This document shows, one piece after another, positions 29,216-44,045 of a stretch of DNA of 64,000 nucleotides. Position numbers and translations under genes: made by a program. Numbering within the stretch: the stretch's first letter is position 1; the number at the start of each line of letters is the position of its first letter. A model generated the notes under the pieces. It did not search any database. It saw nothing but the letters and a program-made list of their open reading frames with translations, and was not told the origin of the DNA. Source of the DNA: the human T2T-CHM13v2.0 reference genome, Homo sapiens; NCBI RefSeq assembly GCF_009914755.1, contig NC_060935.1, one strand, 5' to 3'.

Positions 29216-29716
29216 TGTGACGATCAAGGGGAGAGCTTTTTCCTGGGTCCTCTGAAGGTTCTCTGAAAAATCAACTCACAAAAGGTAGAATAATTAGAGA
29301 GAAGGCATACAAATTTATTTAATGTATGCACGGAGTATTCATGGGAAGGATCACAGAATAATTACCCCTCAAGGTAGATCAGAAGCTTGTACACCATCCT
29401 GGCAAAATAGGTTATGAGAGGAGAGAGAAGAAGAATTCTGTTGAGGGGATTACTAAATGAACGGGTCAGGGAGCAGAGATCAACTTGTACGTAATCTTGC
29501 GAAAGGGGCTGTTCAGGTGTGGTGATATTCTTGGTCTTAGAGGGAGGGGAATTAAAAAACAACCGCTTCTTTTGATGGGTCTGTGCCTTAGATAAAGGCT
29601 TTGGGAGAGACGGTTGGGGCTGGAGGCCAGGGGGAAGGTCAGAGAGACCTTGAGGCTTCTTCAGTTTGTCATGACAAAGTACCATATTTTGTGGTATCAG
29701 TTTCTGAGCCCCAACA
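29216..29716 (-). mobile_element. ERV1 solo LTR (MER31/MER67/LTR49-like group)
   Basis: Minus-strand start TGTTGGGGCTCAGAAACTGATACC; TG...CA ends; perfect 4-bp TSD GGAA. Confidence 0.85.
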
Positions 29717-31319
29717 GGAACTAGCAGGATTTGGAATTGATCAGATTTGGGGAAAAGTGTGGAGAAGAGGAAGAAGTAATGAGGAGGGGGGACCCCCCAC
29801 TGTCATAAACATAGATGACTAAAATGATTGTCAACTGTGGGGGAAGATGATAAGTGTGGTTTTATGCTATGCTATTTTTGAGAAGGTACGTGCTGTAATC
29901 TGTTTAATGATAGGTTTTATGCAGGAAACATCACTGTACTCTAGAAGCATCTAGCACGGTGCTGGGCACAGAACAGGCACTACATGATAATGGGTTGACT
30001 ATTAGTTGCGAGGTTCCTGGTGACAAATCCAGGCCCAAATATCTCAGGCAGTGTGTGTGTATGTGTACATTTTCATTTCAGAGCTCTCGATGACTCATTT
30101 GGTGGGATAAACAAATTCATGTGCCATTCTGAGAGAGACCACGTTGGGGTGGGGGTGCGGAACAATGGGAGAGGCATTTTATAGTTCATCACGATATTGG
30201 TATCTACAGCTCATTTTGTACATAAGTATTAATAGCACTTCCAGGATTTAGACAAATTAAATGTTGAGTGACAGTGAGGCATCCAAGTAGAAAAGCCCAG
30301 AAGGCAGTTGGAGACACTCAACTGGAGCTAAGGGAAGAAGTCAGGGCTATTGCTTGAGATATGAGAGATGTCACACTTCGAGGAAGAAGATGGGAAGGCT
30401 GGAGAAGCAAGGGACCCACCTGAGCCTCAGGCAGGCCCAGTGAGAAAAAGGAGTGAGGGAGTGGGGAGTGGGAAGGCCAGTGAAGAAGGCAGTCCACTGT
30501 GTCCAGGAGGAGGCGGAGGGAGGAGAGAATGCTGTCAAATGCTGCAGGGGATGAGGGAGAAGAGCTCTGAAAAATGCATTTAATCCGGCACAGAGGTAGG
30601 TTTCTAGGTAACGGGGAGAATGTAGCTCTAACGGAGTGGTGAGGATGGAGTGCGTATCGCAGGGTGTCACCAAATGACTGGGCAGGAAGAAGACGAGAGT
30701 AGGGGTATGAATGGACAATTTTGTCTGTGAACGGAAAGTGAAATTTAGAGATGTGTGGTTAAAATAAGTGGTTCAGAATGTAAGACCTCAAATAATACAA
30801 AAAAGAGTTAAGAAGATGTCTTAAAGGACATTGAATTTGAGTTGGGTGCTAAAAAATGAGTGAGCTCTGGCTGGGTGGAGAGCAGTGAATGGAAGTTTCA
30901 GGCATGCATTTGCCTCATGGTAACATTCTGGAAATCCCCAGGGTAGTGAACTGAGTTTGAGAGGCAGAGCGCTTTGAACTGAATACAGTTCACGTCAACG
31001 GAGAGTGGGACCTGGTGCTGTTTGACTCCAGGGTCCTCTGATAGTTGGAAGAAAGTTAAATAATAGGTAGCAACTATCAGCTTATGACATACAAATTGTT
31101 GAGGTTGAAAGCTCAGGCCTTGGGGTCAGAGAAACAAACCTCTCGAACTAACTTGGAACATCTAGATCACTTAGGGTGCTAGGAGTGTGGCCTTGAGCTC
31201 CTTACTTATGAAATATACATAGTAATACCTCCTTCAAAGCGTCGTTGTAGGGCTTAATGAGTTTAACACAAATGGCCCAGCTAACCATCTTTTGTACTAC
31301 AGAAAACTGATGTTAAGTG

Positions 31320-31560
31320 TTTTTTTTTTTTTTTTTTTTTTTTTTGACGGAGTTTCACTCTGTCGCCCAGGCTAGAGTGCAATGAGTGGCGGCATCTCAG
31401 CTCACTGCAACCTCCACCTCTTGGGTTCCAGTGATTCTTCTGCCTCAGCCTCCTGAGTAGCTCAGATTATAGTTGTGTGCCACCACGCCTGGCTAATTTT
31501 TGTATTTTTAGTAGAGATGAAGTTTCACCATGTTGGTCAGGCTGGTCTAGAACTCCTGAC
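31320..31560 (-). mobile_element. 5'-truncated AluS
   Basis: T26, right arm and part of left arm; TSD approximately actga(t/g)gttaagt. Confidence 0.92.
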
Positions 31561-32523
31561 TGAGGTTAAGTTTTAACCAAGGTTGCTCAGCCAGTATGGA
31601 GTGGGATGAGATCAAACCTAGTTCTCCAATGCCAGAGATTGTCCTCTTTCACTTGCTTTCCTTCTCCCTTCTTCACATTTGTTAACTACTTTTTATAGGC
31701 TGGACTCTAAGGGGTGCATGCATGTCTCTCTCTCTTTCTCTCCTGTGCCTTTAGTCACATGTGGTGGGAGTAGGGTGGAGAGATGGGTACAAGGATAAAT
31801 AAGGCATAGATTCTGTCCTTGAAGTGCCCGTGGTCCAGGCTAGTGGGGAAGGTACTATGCAGAGAGGTAATTAAAATAAAATGTGATAAGCGCAAAAATA
31901 GACTATAAACAGAGTGTCATGGCAGCCCAGGAGTGAGATAAACTCTTCCTGGGAAAGCTGGGAAAGGCTGCATAGAACAGGTGATGCTCATCTTGGATCC
32001 TGAAGAATAAATCAGCATTTGTCAGATAGAGATCAAAGAAAAGGCATTGCAGGAGAGAAGAACACAATGCAAAGGCCTGGACTCCTGTGGCAGCCACAGC
32101 ATGGTATGTTCAGGAACAGGGCAAGCTCAAAAGCTCAGCATTTGGGGTACATGTCAAGAAGAGAGGAAGATGAGGCTGAAAAATGAGGTGGGGCCAAATT
32201 GTCAAGGGAGAGTTTCATGGTGGGCCAAGGAGCTTGAGCTTTATTTTTGGGTGATGAGAAACCAGCAGAAGCCTTTGGTAGGGGAATGAGTAGGTTTAAT
32301 TTTTTTTTTCTTTTTGGGAGTACCAGTTTCATTGACATACAATTCACAATTCACCTATTTAAAATGTAGAATTAAATGGTTTTTACTATACTCACTGAAT
32401 TGTTCAACCATCACTACAACCAATTTTAGAATGTTTTCATCACCCCCCAGAGAAATTTCATATCCTTTAATGGTAAGAACACCCACCCCTTCTTCCCCCA
32501 ATCTCTCTCCAGCTCTAGGTAAC

Positions 32524-33080
32524 TGTTACAGTCTCATCTGTGCACCATGATGTTGCAGTCTCTTGTTGTAAGGTATCACCCAGAGTTCTTTGTCTCAAGA
32601 CCAGGAGAATTAAGGAGCATGGACACAAAAAGTGAGGTTGAGGCGAAAGTTTCATAAGTGAAAGAAAGCTCTCTGCTGCTGAGAAGGGACCCGGAAGGGG
32701 GTTGCTGTTTTCACAGTTGAATGCAAAGGCTTCTATAGGAAACCGATGAGGGATTAGTGTCTCATTTGCATAAGGTGCAAATTTCTCGTCGCTCCATCCC
32801 GTCCTCCTAACGCACATGTGGGCCCTTAGCTTGAGTTACTCCATATTGCTTTGTTCCCCTTCCTGCGCATGTGTCAGGGGATGGAATTTTCTATTATGGG
32901 CATTTCCAGGCAAGTCACCTGTGTAGCCTTTCTTATCTGTGCAGCTGTGGGCATGTCTTAGGCAAGTCCTCCTGTGCAAGTTCCCTTATCTGTGCCTGCA
33001 GGCTGTTTTTTTGTTTGAAAATATTCAACCGAGGACCTACCCTAACTGCCTGCCTGCTTTTTTTTCTTTCTCCTCTCTCA
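32524..33080 (-). mobile_element. MER61 (ERV1) solo LTR
   Basis: Minus strand TGAGAGAGGAGAAAG...GAGACTGTAACA; perfect 4-bp TSD TAAC; internal p53-type repeats and octamer. Confidence 0.85.
32949..32969. promoter_or_regulatory. p53 response element within MER61
   Basis: GGGCATGTCT-t-AGGCAAGTCC: two perfect RRRCWWGYYY half-sites with a 1-bp spacer; binding not shown. Confidence 0.55.
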
Positions 33081-34112
33081 TAACCAGTTATCTACTTTCT
33101 GTCTCTATAGCTTTGCCTACTTTGGATATTTCTTGTAAATGAAAGCATATAATATGTGGCCTATTGTGACTGCCCTCTTTCACTTAACATAATTATTTCT
33201 CCGTGTTCTAATTGTGCTTCATTCCTTTTTATTGCCAAATAATATTCCATTGTTTTGGATATGCCACATTTTGTTTATCCATTCATCAGTTGATGAACAT
33301 TTAGTTTGTTTCCACTTTCTGGCTAGTGTGAATAAAGTTGCTATTAACATTCATATACAAGTTTTAGTGTGGACCTAGGTTTTCATTTCTTTTGGGTATA
33401 TACCTAGGACTAGAATTGCTGTATCATATGGTAACTCTATGTTTAACAATCTTATGAGAAATTGATGGACTGTTTTCCAAAACAGCTGTACCATTTTACA
33501 CTCTCACCAGCAATGTATAGAGGTTCTAATTTCATTACATCTTTGCCAACTCTTGTTACTATCTGTCATATTTGTTTTTCAGGAGGCTTGCTAGGGCATC
33601 AGTTTGAAGGGTAGACAGGTGTAGACCCCTTAGGAGGCCGTTTCAGTGACCAACATGAGAGATGATAGCAGAACTGGCTGCCAATCTGGCTAATACTGTT
33701 ACTGACTGTATAGACTTCTTGATCCAATTTCTCTCTTGTGGATCTACAAGTGCGGACTTGAGCATTCTACTGTGAGGAAGAAGTCTCCTCTCCCCTTCCA
33801 TGGGGTCCCATTGAAGCCAGCAGGAAAGGATTTCAATCAAAGAAGAAATATACTTCTGGTGTTTACTGGTACTGTTCTCTTCGGTTACATGGTAGTTGTG
33901 AGGACTTTCCTAGCTCAGCTACATAACAGGGATTAAGGAATTTTGCCTTGTTTTCACAGGGAGGTACTCAAAATAGACAAAATCTTCTTTGGTCAGAGAA
34001 TGAGATGGAAAAACAATCATTAACTCTGGAAAGCAGGATAATGAGTTCCTTCTTATGGGATTGAATCCAGTGGATAAAATTCTCTGGGCCAGCCTAGTCA
34101 AGACTCCAAACC

Positions 34113-34444
<332 letters not shown>

Positions 34445-34831
34445 TCAGCTAACAAAAACACTCTCTGATGTAAGAGTTTCGAGAATGTCATTTTTCCATT
34501 TAAGTCTTTACTACGCTACCAGTATTCTCCAAGGTCCTGCGTTAGTCCCAGTCTCGCCTCTGTGCAGTGGCCACATGATGGTTTTCTGTTTTCTCAGGAA
34601 GGCTAAGGCTCACCTACAGATTCCTCTTGCCCTGAAGAGACAGTAGAGGCCCAGGAGACTTGGAGCAGTAACACTCAGTGTCAGTGAGCCTTCTTTCATT
34701 TGATGAATATTTATTGATTCTCAACCGCACGCTGTGCTCTGTGCTAAGTCCTCTTGAGCACTGAACAAGACAAACAAAGCCCCTACCTTCAGATAACTTT
34801 CAGTCCAGGCAGAACCTTCATAAAGGAAGAG

Positions 34832-34833
<2 letters not shown>

Positions 34834-34877
<44 letters not shown>
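34834..34877. repeat. (CA)22 microsatellite
   Basis: Read directly. Confidence 0.95.
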
Positions 34878-34879
<2 letters not shown>

Positions 34880-35050
34880 CATTGAGAAAGAATATGTGTA
34901 TGTGAGAATTTAGGCTTTAGTTAGAATGCAGTCACTTGCCCTTGAATTAGTTAGAATTGTTTAGCAAAACAGTACTCCTATCAGCATCAAAGGACTGTAG
35001 GGCTACAGGGCAGACTTCCCTCTCCTGAAACAAAATGGAAGGGCTTGCAG

Positions 35051-35055
35051 GTGTA

Positions 35056-35093
<38 letters not shown>

Positions 35094-35100
35094 TGCGTGC
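35051..35100. repeat. (TG)n microsatellite
   Basis: Read directly. Confidence 0.9.
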
Positions 35101-36834
35101 TTGCGTACACATGCATGGGAGGGGGTTCCTCCAGGCAGGAAAATCCAGAGGGTCCTAAAGCCTCTTCTCTTCAATCTCCAACCCCCACCCTCCCACTTCA
35201 AAATGTCTAGATTGTTACAGGGCAAAGGGACAGGAAATTGTGGGTCAGCAAAATCCCAAGTTTATAAAAATAAAGCACACACCAATGCAATAAAGTGTGT
35301 AAGACAAAGACTTTCCTTTAGAAGTGGGAGCTTGAAAGTGCAGGAGATCACAAAAAAACAAGGAAGCGATGCTTCTCTCCCAATTATTGTGCACTCTCAG
35401 CTGTATTTTGTTGACCTCGCTGATTTCAATCAGCTTTCAGCACATCCAGCCTTCACCTGCTATGAATCAAAACCTGGAGGGCTCTCTGTTCTCTGTGCTC
35501 AGAAAAAAAAAAAACCCTTTGATAAGGTTGTTATGGATGCAAGGCAGAGCGGGTTGGGCTGGGTGCTTTTCTTAGCCTGGCATTACACATTTATGATGCA
35601 AACCAATGAAGAAGCAAGGGCTCAGAGCGCAGGGTCTGGAGAGGGGGGCCTGAGGCGCAGGTGGGGCGGGGTTTGCCTTAGGGGAGTCGCTCACCCCTGT
35701 TTGTCTTTCATTGTTGGAACAAAAGGCTGATGAGGGAAGGGCAGGTGCTGGAAGGCTGTGACCACAGGTCTCCTTTGAGGAGCTTAGGACTGTGAAGCTC
35801 AGTTTAGGACTTCTATCATGATCTCTGGGCTCCTCCATGGATTGACTTTTCTCTTAGGAAGGTGAATGGACTGACGATTTTGAGCACTAGAAACCTCTTT
35901 GGCAGAACATAATCTCCATGAAGGCAGGGATTTTTTTGTCTGCTTTGTTCACTCGTCTGATGTCTAGAAAAGTACCGGGCATAAAATAGGCATTCAATTA
36001 AGTATTTGTAGAATTAATGAACGGCTAGGCATCCTGGTTTTTAGGGCCACCCTGACAGGGGTGCATAGTATAAGATCATTTCTTCTTGGCTTTGGTGAAT
36101 TTAGGAGCTTTTCTGGGCTCCAGGCTGCTATAGTGACTGCTGCTGGGGGTGGTTGGGGAGGATGATAGTGAGTGTGGGAGACAGATGGTGGAGGAAAATC
36201 AGGTGGTTCAATTAGCTTGTACTAAAAAATACAGATGCTCATATACATATCACCCACCCCGTAACCGTCTGCTCTTACCAAGGGAAAGAGCAGAACCCTC
36301 CTTTTCTGCTTTCTCCCACAATTAAACCCCCAAGCATATGATTTTTTTTCAAACTTCCTTTCTTCTTCAAGGCTACCCATAACATTACTTATTCCTATTT
36401 GGATGCTGGCTATTTATGTAACTTTGATTTTTCACCTCTAATATATCAGTTTTCTCATTTGCAAAATGGGCTTCATAAAATTGATCTCATCAAGTGGTCA
36501 AGAAAATAAATGAATTAATGTATGATCAAGCCCCTAGCACGTAAGAGCTGCCCCATGTATGCTAACATTGCGTGCCGTAGCTACTACCACTAAAACTAAT
36601 TATTGTTCCTCAACACAAATATGAGTCTAAGATTGCTCTTTGTGATTCAGGCCTGAGGTGGGAAGAGGGAAGAGGAAGACAGCTGTTCTTGACTGGGACC
36701 ATATTTCCTGAGGGCAGATGTCCCTCTTCTGATAACAGATTCCCTACCAGTCCTTTCTCAAGGCCCAGACTGATCAAGAGCCACCATTGGGTTTCTCCAA
36801 ATGGTGGTGCCCAGGACACAGGGTGTTTTCAGTA

Positions 36835-37259
<425 letters not shown>

Positions 37260-37654
37260 TCAAATTTGACATTGGATCTCATGATCTAATGAAAGATTTG
37301 GGGTTGCTTTCAGGTGGGAAAGCCAGTATGGGAGGCTTGGGGAAGCAGCAGGATGAGGTCCTGGACTGGGTAGTGACAGCAGGCAAGTCACAGGGGCAGG
37401 TAGCCTGGGCTCACCTTCCTGCCCCAGCCCTCATCAGCTGTGTGATGCCAGACATGTTATGAAACCCCTCTGTGGGTCAGTTTTCTAGTCTAGAAAGCAG
37501 CAGTGATGATCCACTCAACAAATATTTAGTAATCACCTCTGTGTGCCAGGTACAGTTTACAAAAGGCATTGACATCACAGGTCAATAGATGAGGATCTGC
37601 ACGGAATAGATGAGATAGTGTATGAATTACACTCAGCTAGAAAGCATGGAACAC

Positions 37655-37983
<329 letters not shown>

Positions 37984-38913
37984 AAGCATGGAACACATGT
38001 TAGCTATTGTCATTATTTCATATGGTTTAGATGCCAACATTTTGGAATATCCAGGACTTGTCATTGGTTCTCTTTGTTAGAGAGAATGTATGGAATTGGA
38101 ATTGTCTAGAAAAACAGGCTATATGGTCAGTGAATCTGTCCAACATATGCTTCCCTGCAACTCTTTGCACCTAAGCACCTTGAAGTTACAACAGTTACTT
38201 ATGGCTTGGGTCTTCCATTATTCCAGCTGCAATATGTACCTAACTCAACCCCACTGAATCTTCCTCTCTGCATTTTTAGGTAAAACCTCATTAACGTAAC
38301 TGCAACAATGAAGACATTACCTAGTAAGTATGTTCTACTGAAATCTCACTGTTTTGAAAATGCTTTTAAGATATAGTACCTCATTGGCTCCAATGGCCAG
38401 GGAGGCCTATGCCTGATTGGAGTGTGGATAAAGGTGACACTAAGCCCCTGAAAACTGTCATAACCACATTGTGTTTCAAGTTTGAGAGCGTAATGGTTTA
38501 TCCTTTGTCATCATCTACAGCATCTAGGCTCTTTGCCTAGAAGAGTTTGTGAGACTCCCCCTCCCCAACCCCCCCAGCCCCACATTGTAGACAAAAAGGT
38601 TATAATAGACTGTGTGTGAGTTTGGGGATCAAACAAATAAGCATTCAATTCCAGGTATATCACTTGGGGAAAAGGCCTAGTAGCTTACTGACCTCAGTTT
38701 TTTCCAAGAGAAAATAGGGCAACAATATATATTCCAAAGAGTTGTATGAGAATTACGTGTCTATAGTAAGATGTGTAGCATGCCTCCATAAATATTCCTT
38801 CACTTTCCTCTTCTCACCCTCCTCCTCCCCACAACACCACCTTTCCTGTGTGTCCCTAATGTTCTCTGGGGTTGATCATCACCCCTTATCTCCACTATGT
38901 CTCGAGTTGTGGA

Positions 38914-38960
38914 GTGTGTGTGTGTGTGTGTGTCTGTGTGTGTGTGTGTTTTGTGTGTGT
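38914..38960. repeat. (TG)n microsatellite
   Basis: Read directly. Confidence 0.9.
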
Positions 38961-39195
38961 GGTAGTGGAAGCGGGTGGGGAGAGACAACATGGAGCCTGG
39001 CTCCTTCTCTGCTCTGTCCTGCGGGAGGAACCTAGCACAGCAGCCCCACGCAGCTCACATAATACCATAAGTAAAACACAAACAAAGCAGAGGTTGTTCT
39101 GCTTGTCAGCCTCCAAGACCATATGGAGCTGAGACATGATTGTATTACCTCTGCTATACTGCAGTCGAGCTAAACAGAAAAGCCATAATAAACTA

Positions 39196-39729
<534 letters not shown>

Positions 39730-40871
39730 TCAATGGAGCATTGCTCCTGAAAAGATTTATACCCTCTGGGGGACTCATGGTTTCACCTAGGCAGAGAGTA
39801 AAATCTGATTGTAAATTTAACTTCTCTGTGGTGTGTGTCTATATTTGTAGAGGAGTTGGGAGAATTGAAGAGGAAAAGATGCCACACAGCATTGAGGAAT
39901 ATTTGGAACACCTTTAAGTCTACCCATATCTCCTTTCCTCTTTCTCCCTCCTTGTGTCCCTCATCCTCATGATTCCAGTCCAAACAGGTTGATGAGACTC
40001 ATATTTTGTGACACTGACTAGACTCTTTACTTCAGCAGGGTTGGAGCTGTGGGCTCAGAGAGAGAGAGAGTGTGTGTGTGTGTGAATGTGTGTGTGGATA
40101 TGTATGTGCAAGGAGTGAGGGTGGATGGATAGAAGGGTACACGTTCAGATAGAAGCTATATTGCCCCTGGGGTTGGCAGGCTATATGCCCACTGGGAGTC
40201 TTCCCAGACCTCAGGAAAAACTAGAGAAAGTAAATCAGGAAGAAAGACAAAATAAACAAAAACAAAATAAAACAAAACAAAACCCCACAGCCACAGCCAC
40301 CCAAGCCTTACAATAGGAAAGAAGGATTCCCAAAGTGTCAACAAACCCATATGGAAATGTCTGCAAGATTAAAAAAAGCAAATTCCCTGTTTGAATGTTG
40401 TTTCTCCCAGGTGTGAAGGCAGGTCCCAGCACTTTGAGAACTGCTGTCTGTTTTGAAAGTGTGTGTAAGGATAGAGTTCAAATGCAATGCAACCATCAGC
40501 AGTAATTACTTTTATGTAGCCACTACCTCCTACTCAAACATTATAGCCACTTTTTCAAATTCTTAACTTATAAAAGCCATATACGATGGCAGTTGAGGAT
40601 GAGGGATTTTGATTTAGACAAACCTGGGTTCAAATCCCAGTCTGACACTTATCCATTGCGGGGCCTTGAGGCATCTAGTGTAGGAAGATGGTATAAACAG
40701 TCTTGGGGAAGCAGCCTGCTGCTAGCCTCAAGAGCAAAATATAGAATTCTACTCTGTGGAGGATCATGGGGAGAAAAGGAGCAATTAGATTATCTGATGG
40801 ATATAAATGTTTGAAAAATTATTGCTAGGCGATAGATCAATTGGAGTATTTGGCAGTGGTCGTGGGGAGTC

Positions 40872-41060
40872 CATTTGACCCCTGAACAACAGAGACTTGA
40901 GCTCCATGGTCTACTTGTACACAGGTATTTTTTTCCAACTAAACGTTGGTTGAAAATACAGTATTTGCAGGATGTGAAGCCTGTGTACATGGAGGGTCGA
41001 CTTTTCCTATAGGCAGGTTGCTCAGGGCTGACTGTGGGACTTGGATATGCGTGGATTTGG
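40872..41060 (-). mobile_element. MER8 (TcMar-Tigger)
   Basis: ttgacccctgaacaac...gaaaatacagtatttgcaggatgtgaagcc...ggagggtcgacttttc...ctgtgggacttggatatgcgtggattt. Confidence 0.8.
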
Positions 41061-41538
41061 ACGACCTGGCTCAGCAGAGAGCAATACTTACACAGTCATC
41101 ATAGTATAAATGCAGATGATTGATTCAACCCCAAATGTGATATAATTACACCAGAAGGATAGGTGAGAGATAGTAGGAAGAAGGTGGCAGTGTATTAGAG
41201 AACAAAATTCTCAATTGCAATAAAAGGAATTTAGTAGAAACTGTCTAAAATGGTTAACTTGAGAAATAGCAATATGAATATGTTATTTTAAATGGTAAAG
41301 GTAAATGCCAGTAGAAATTGCTAAGAGTTGAGAGAGGTTACCTCTGTGGGACTGAGGAGGTAAGGAGGAGTAGAGCTATTGGTTGATATGAGTCTTTTAG
41401 TACGACTTAATTTGTAAAACCATGTATATAGATTACTCTGATAAAAACAAAATTAATTTAGAAAGATAGTACATACAAAGTGCTTAGCATGGTGCTTGGC
41501 ACACATTAAAGTCTTAATAAACATTAACCAACATTATC

Positions 41539-41893
41539 GGCTGGGCACGGTGGCTCACACCTGTAATCCTAGCACTTTGGGAAGCCGAGGCGGGTGGATC
41601 ACTTGAGGTCAGAAGTTCGAGACTAGCCTGGGCAACATGGCAAAACCCCGTCTCTACCAAAAATACAAAAATTAGCCAGGTGTGTTGGAGTGTGCCTGTA
41701 ATTCCAGCTACTTGGGAGTGGTGGAATGTGCCTATAATTCCAGCTACTTGGGGGGCTGAGGTGGGATAATCGCTTGAAACCTGGAGGCAGAGTTTGCAGT
41801 GAGCCAAGATGGCACCACTGCACTCCAGTCTAGGTGACGGAGTGAGACTGTCTCAAAAATAATAAATAAATAAATATAAATAAATAAATAAAC
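41539..41893 (+). mobile_element. AluS with an internal 36-bp duplication
   Basis: Full dimer, (TAAA)n tail, TSD aaacattaacca(a/t)cattat. Confidence 0.94.
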
Positions 41894-42165
41894 AAACATT
41901 AACCATCATTATAGAACTAGACTGTGTAGGAAAAGATTATTTTTTCCATTCCCCCTGCCTTTAGTCAGGCCAACAGCTAAACTCCCCCACAGGGCTGGTG
42001 ATATCATTGGGTAAATCCAGTGACTCTGCCAGCATCAACCATCTGTGTGACTTTGGTGAGGCCTTTTCCCATAGTCTATAATAACCTCAGCAAGGTTGAA
42101 CGTCAGGGCCAATCCTGGGCACAATTGCCACATAGGTAAAGTTGCTGTAATAGGCTTTCTGTCCT

Positions 42166-42663
42166 TGTAGAAGGCTGAATAATGGTTCTACAAATATGCC
42201 CATGTCTTAGTCCCCAGAACCTGTGAATGTCATTGGGTATTTGGCAAAAGGGTATTTGCAGATGTGATTAAATTAGGGATCTTGAGATAGGGAGAATATT
42301 ATCTTATTATCTTGATGGGTCCAATATAAATAAAACAGTCTTTATAAGAGGGGAGCAGAGGAGTCAGAATCAAGGATAGTAGGAGATAGGACAACAGAAG
42401 GAAGAAACTGGAATGATGAGCTTTGAAGATGGAGGAAAGGGCCATAAGCCAAGCAATATAGGCTGCCATGGGAATCTGAAAATGTCAAGGAAACAGATTC
42501 TCCCCTGAGGACCTCCAGAAGAATCAGTCCTACTGACCTCTTGACTATAGCAAGGTGAAATTGACTTCAAACTTCTGACCTCCAGTCCTGAGGAAAGTAT
42601 GTGTTGTCTTAAGCCACTAGGTTTGCCATAATCTGTTACAGCAGCAATAGGAAACCAAATAGA
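42166..42663 (+). mobile_element. MLT1D-like (MaLR) solo LTR
   Basis: tgtagaaggctgaataatgg...ggcaaaaggg..tttgcagatgtgattaa...tgttacagcagcaataggaaac; perfect 5-bp TSD GTCCT. Confidence 0.88.
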
Positions 42664-42892
42664 GTCCTAAGCCCCCCAAATTTCTCTCCCTTTCTCTTCA
42701 GCTTCTACCATCCAACCAACATAAAGCAAGTCTGGTAACCAGGGCCTGTCTGGGAAATGGGAAAATTTGTTTGCATTAAAGTGTTATGAGTTGTTGTATA
42801 GCTTTCCAAGAAATTTTACATCAAGAAAAAAAGATTCCAGGAAGAGAGCATGAAGAACAGAAATGTTTTCATTCACATTTGTATTTCTAGTA

Positions 42893-43218
42893 TAGTCGGC
42901 CCTCCATATCCACAGGTTCTACATTCCTGGATTTGGCTGATTACAGATCAAAAATATTTGGAAAAAAAATAAAAATAAAAATACAACAATAAAAAATGGT
43001 ACAAATGAAAATATAGTATAGCAACTATTTATACAGCATGCATATTGCATTAGGTATTATAAGTAATCTAGAGATGATTTAAAGTATATGGAAGGATGTG
43101 AGTAGGTTATATGCAAATACTATACCATTTTATATAGGGACTTGATCATCTGTGGATTTTGGTATCTAGGGGTAGGGGTCCTGGAAAAAAATCCCCTGCA
43201 GATACCAAGGGATGGCTG
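42893..43218 (-). mobile_element. MER2 (TcMar-Tigger) inserted in an L2 3' end
   Basis: ttaggtattataagtaatctagagatgatttaaagtatat...gataccaagggatggctg; TA TSDs. Confidence 0.9.
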
Positions 43219-43784
43219 TACCTACCACAGTGCTTGGCCAATAAACAATTGCTGAAAGAGTGAATGAGTAAGTAGCTAAATACATAAACGAATAAATCCC
43301 TGAATAAGGACCCTAGACTTAAAGAAGCATTCCATCACTGCTCATTAGTCAAAGATATTTAATACTTCTTACTGTTGAGAAAGCCTTCTTGCTGCCTAAT
43401 TGAAATCCCCCAAGCTGAATTTTAAGTGCTGTCTTTTTTATCCTCAGTGGATTTAGTGAACATCTGGTGACCAACCAACATCTATTAAATCACTCACAGT
43501 TTTCTTTTTTCTGGCTAAATCTCCATTCAATGAACTATTCATATCAGTCTTCTCTTGTCATGGTCAGAGCAGGCCAGTTTCAATGGTGGGCTTTGCTGTG
43601 GGCTCGCTGGCTAAAAGGAACTACAATAGAATGGGGTTTCTATTGTATTCTAGTTCTCTAACCTTTGCACACATTTGTTTAGGGGCTATGGACAGAGAGA
43701 TTCTCCTGTCTTTGTTGTCAGCATTGTGCTTAGAGAAAGTAGAACAATCTGAGTCACATGTGTCAGTGGCCTATTTCTGTAACC

Positions 43785-44045
43785 TGTGGAGGCACCACAC
43801 TGAGCAGTTAAGAGTATGGATTTTAGCCTCTGATAAACCTGAGTTCAGGCATGGTTCTCTTACTATCTGTGTGGTGTTGGGCGGATCACTGAAGCTCTCT
43901 AAACTTGATTACTATCGTCTCTAATACATAATCTCTAAAACAGGAAGCTTGTAATGTTGTTGTGAAGATTAAATTAGATAATATAATTAGCACTCTTAAT
44001 TGTGCCTGGCCCTTAGTGAGTGCTTACTAAATGTTAACTATTAAT
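43785..44045 (+). mobile_element. MIR SINE
   Basis: gttaagagtatggatttt...cttactatctgtgtg...gttgttgtgaagattaaattagataat...gtgcctggc...aaatgttaactatta. Confidence 0.75.

Larger units (their letters stand above)
32296..33575 (-). mobile_element. L1MB-type 3' end split by MER61
   Basis: acatacaattcacaattcacctatttaaaatgtagaatt...tttgtttatccattcatcagttgatgaacattt...ctctcaccagcaatgtat. Confidence 0.85.

Noticed and set aside
35035-35730. Longest ORF (231 aa)
   Set aside because: It runs through a (TG)n repeat and an A-run, has no recognisable domain and no exon structure; a chance ORF
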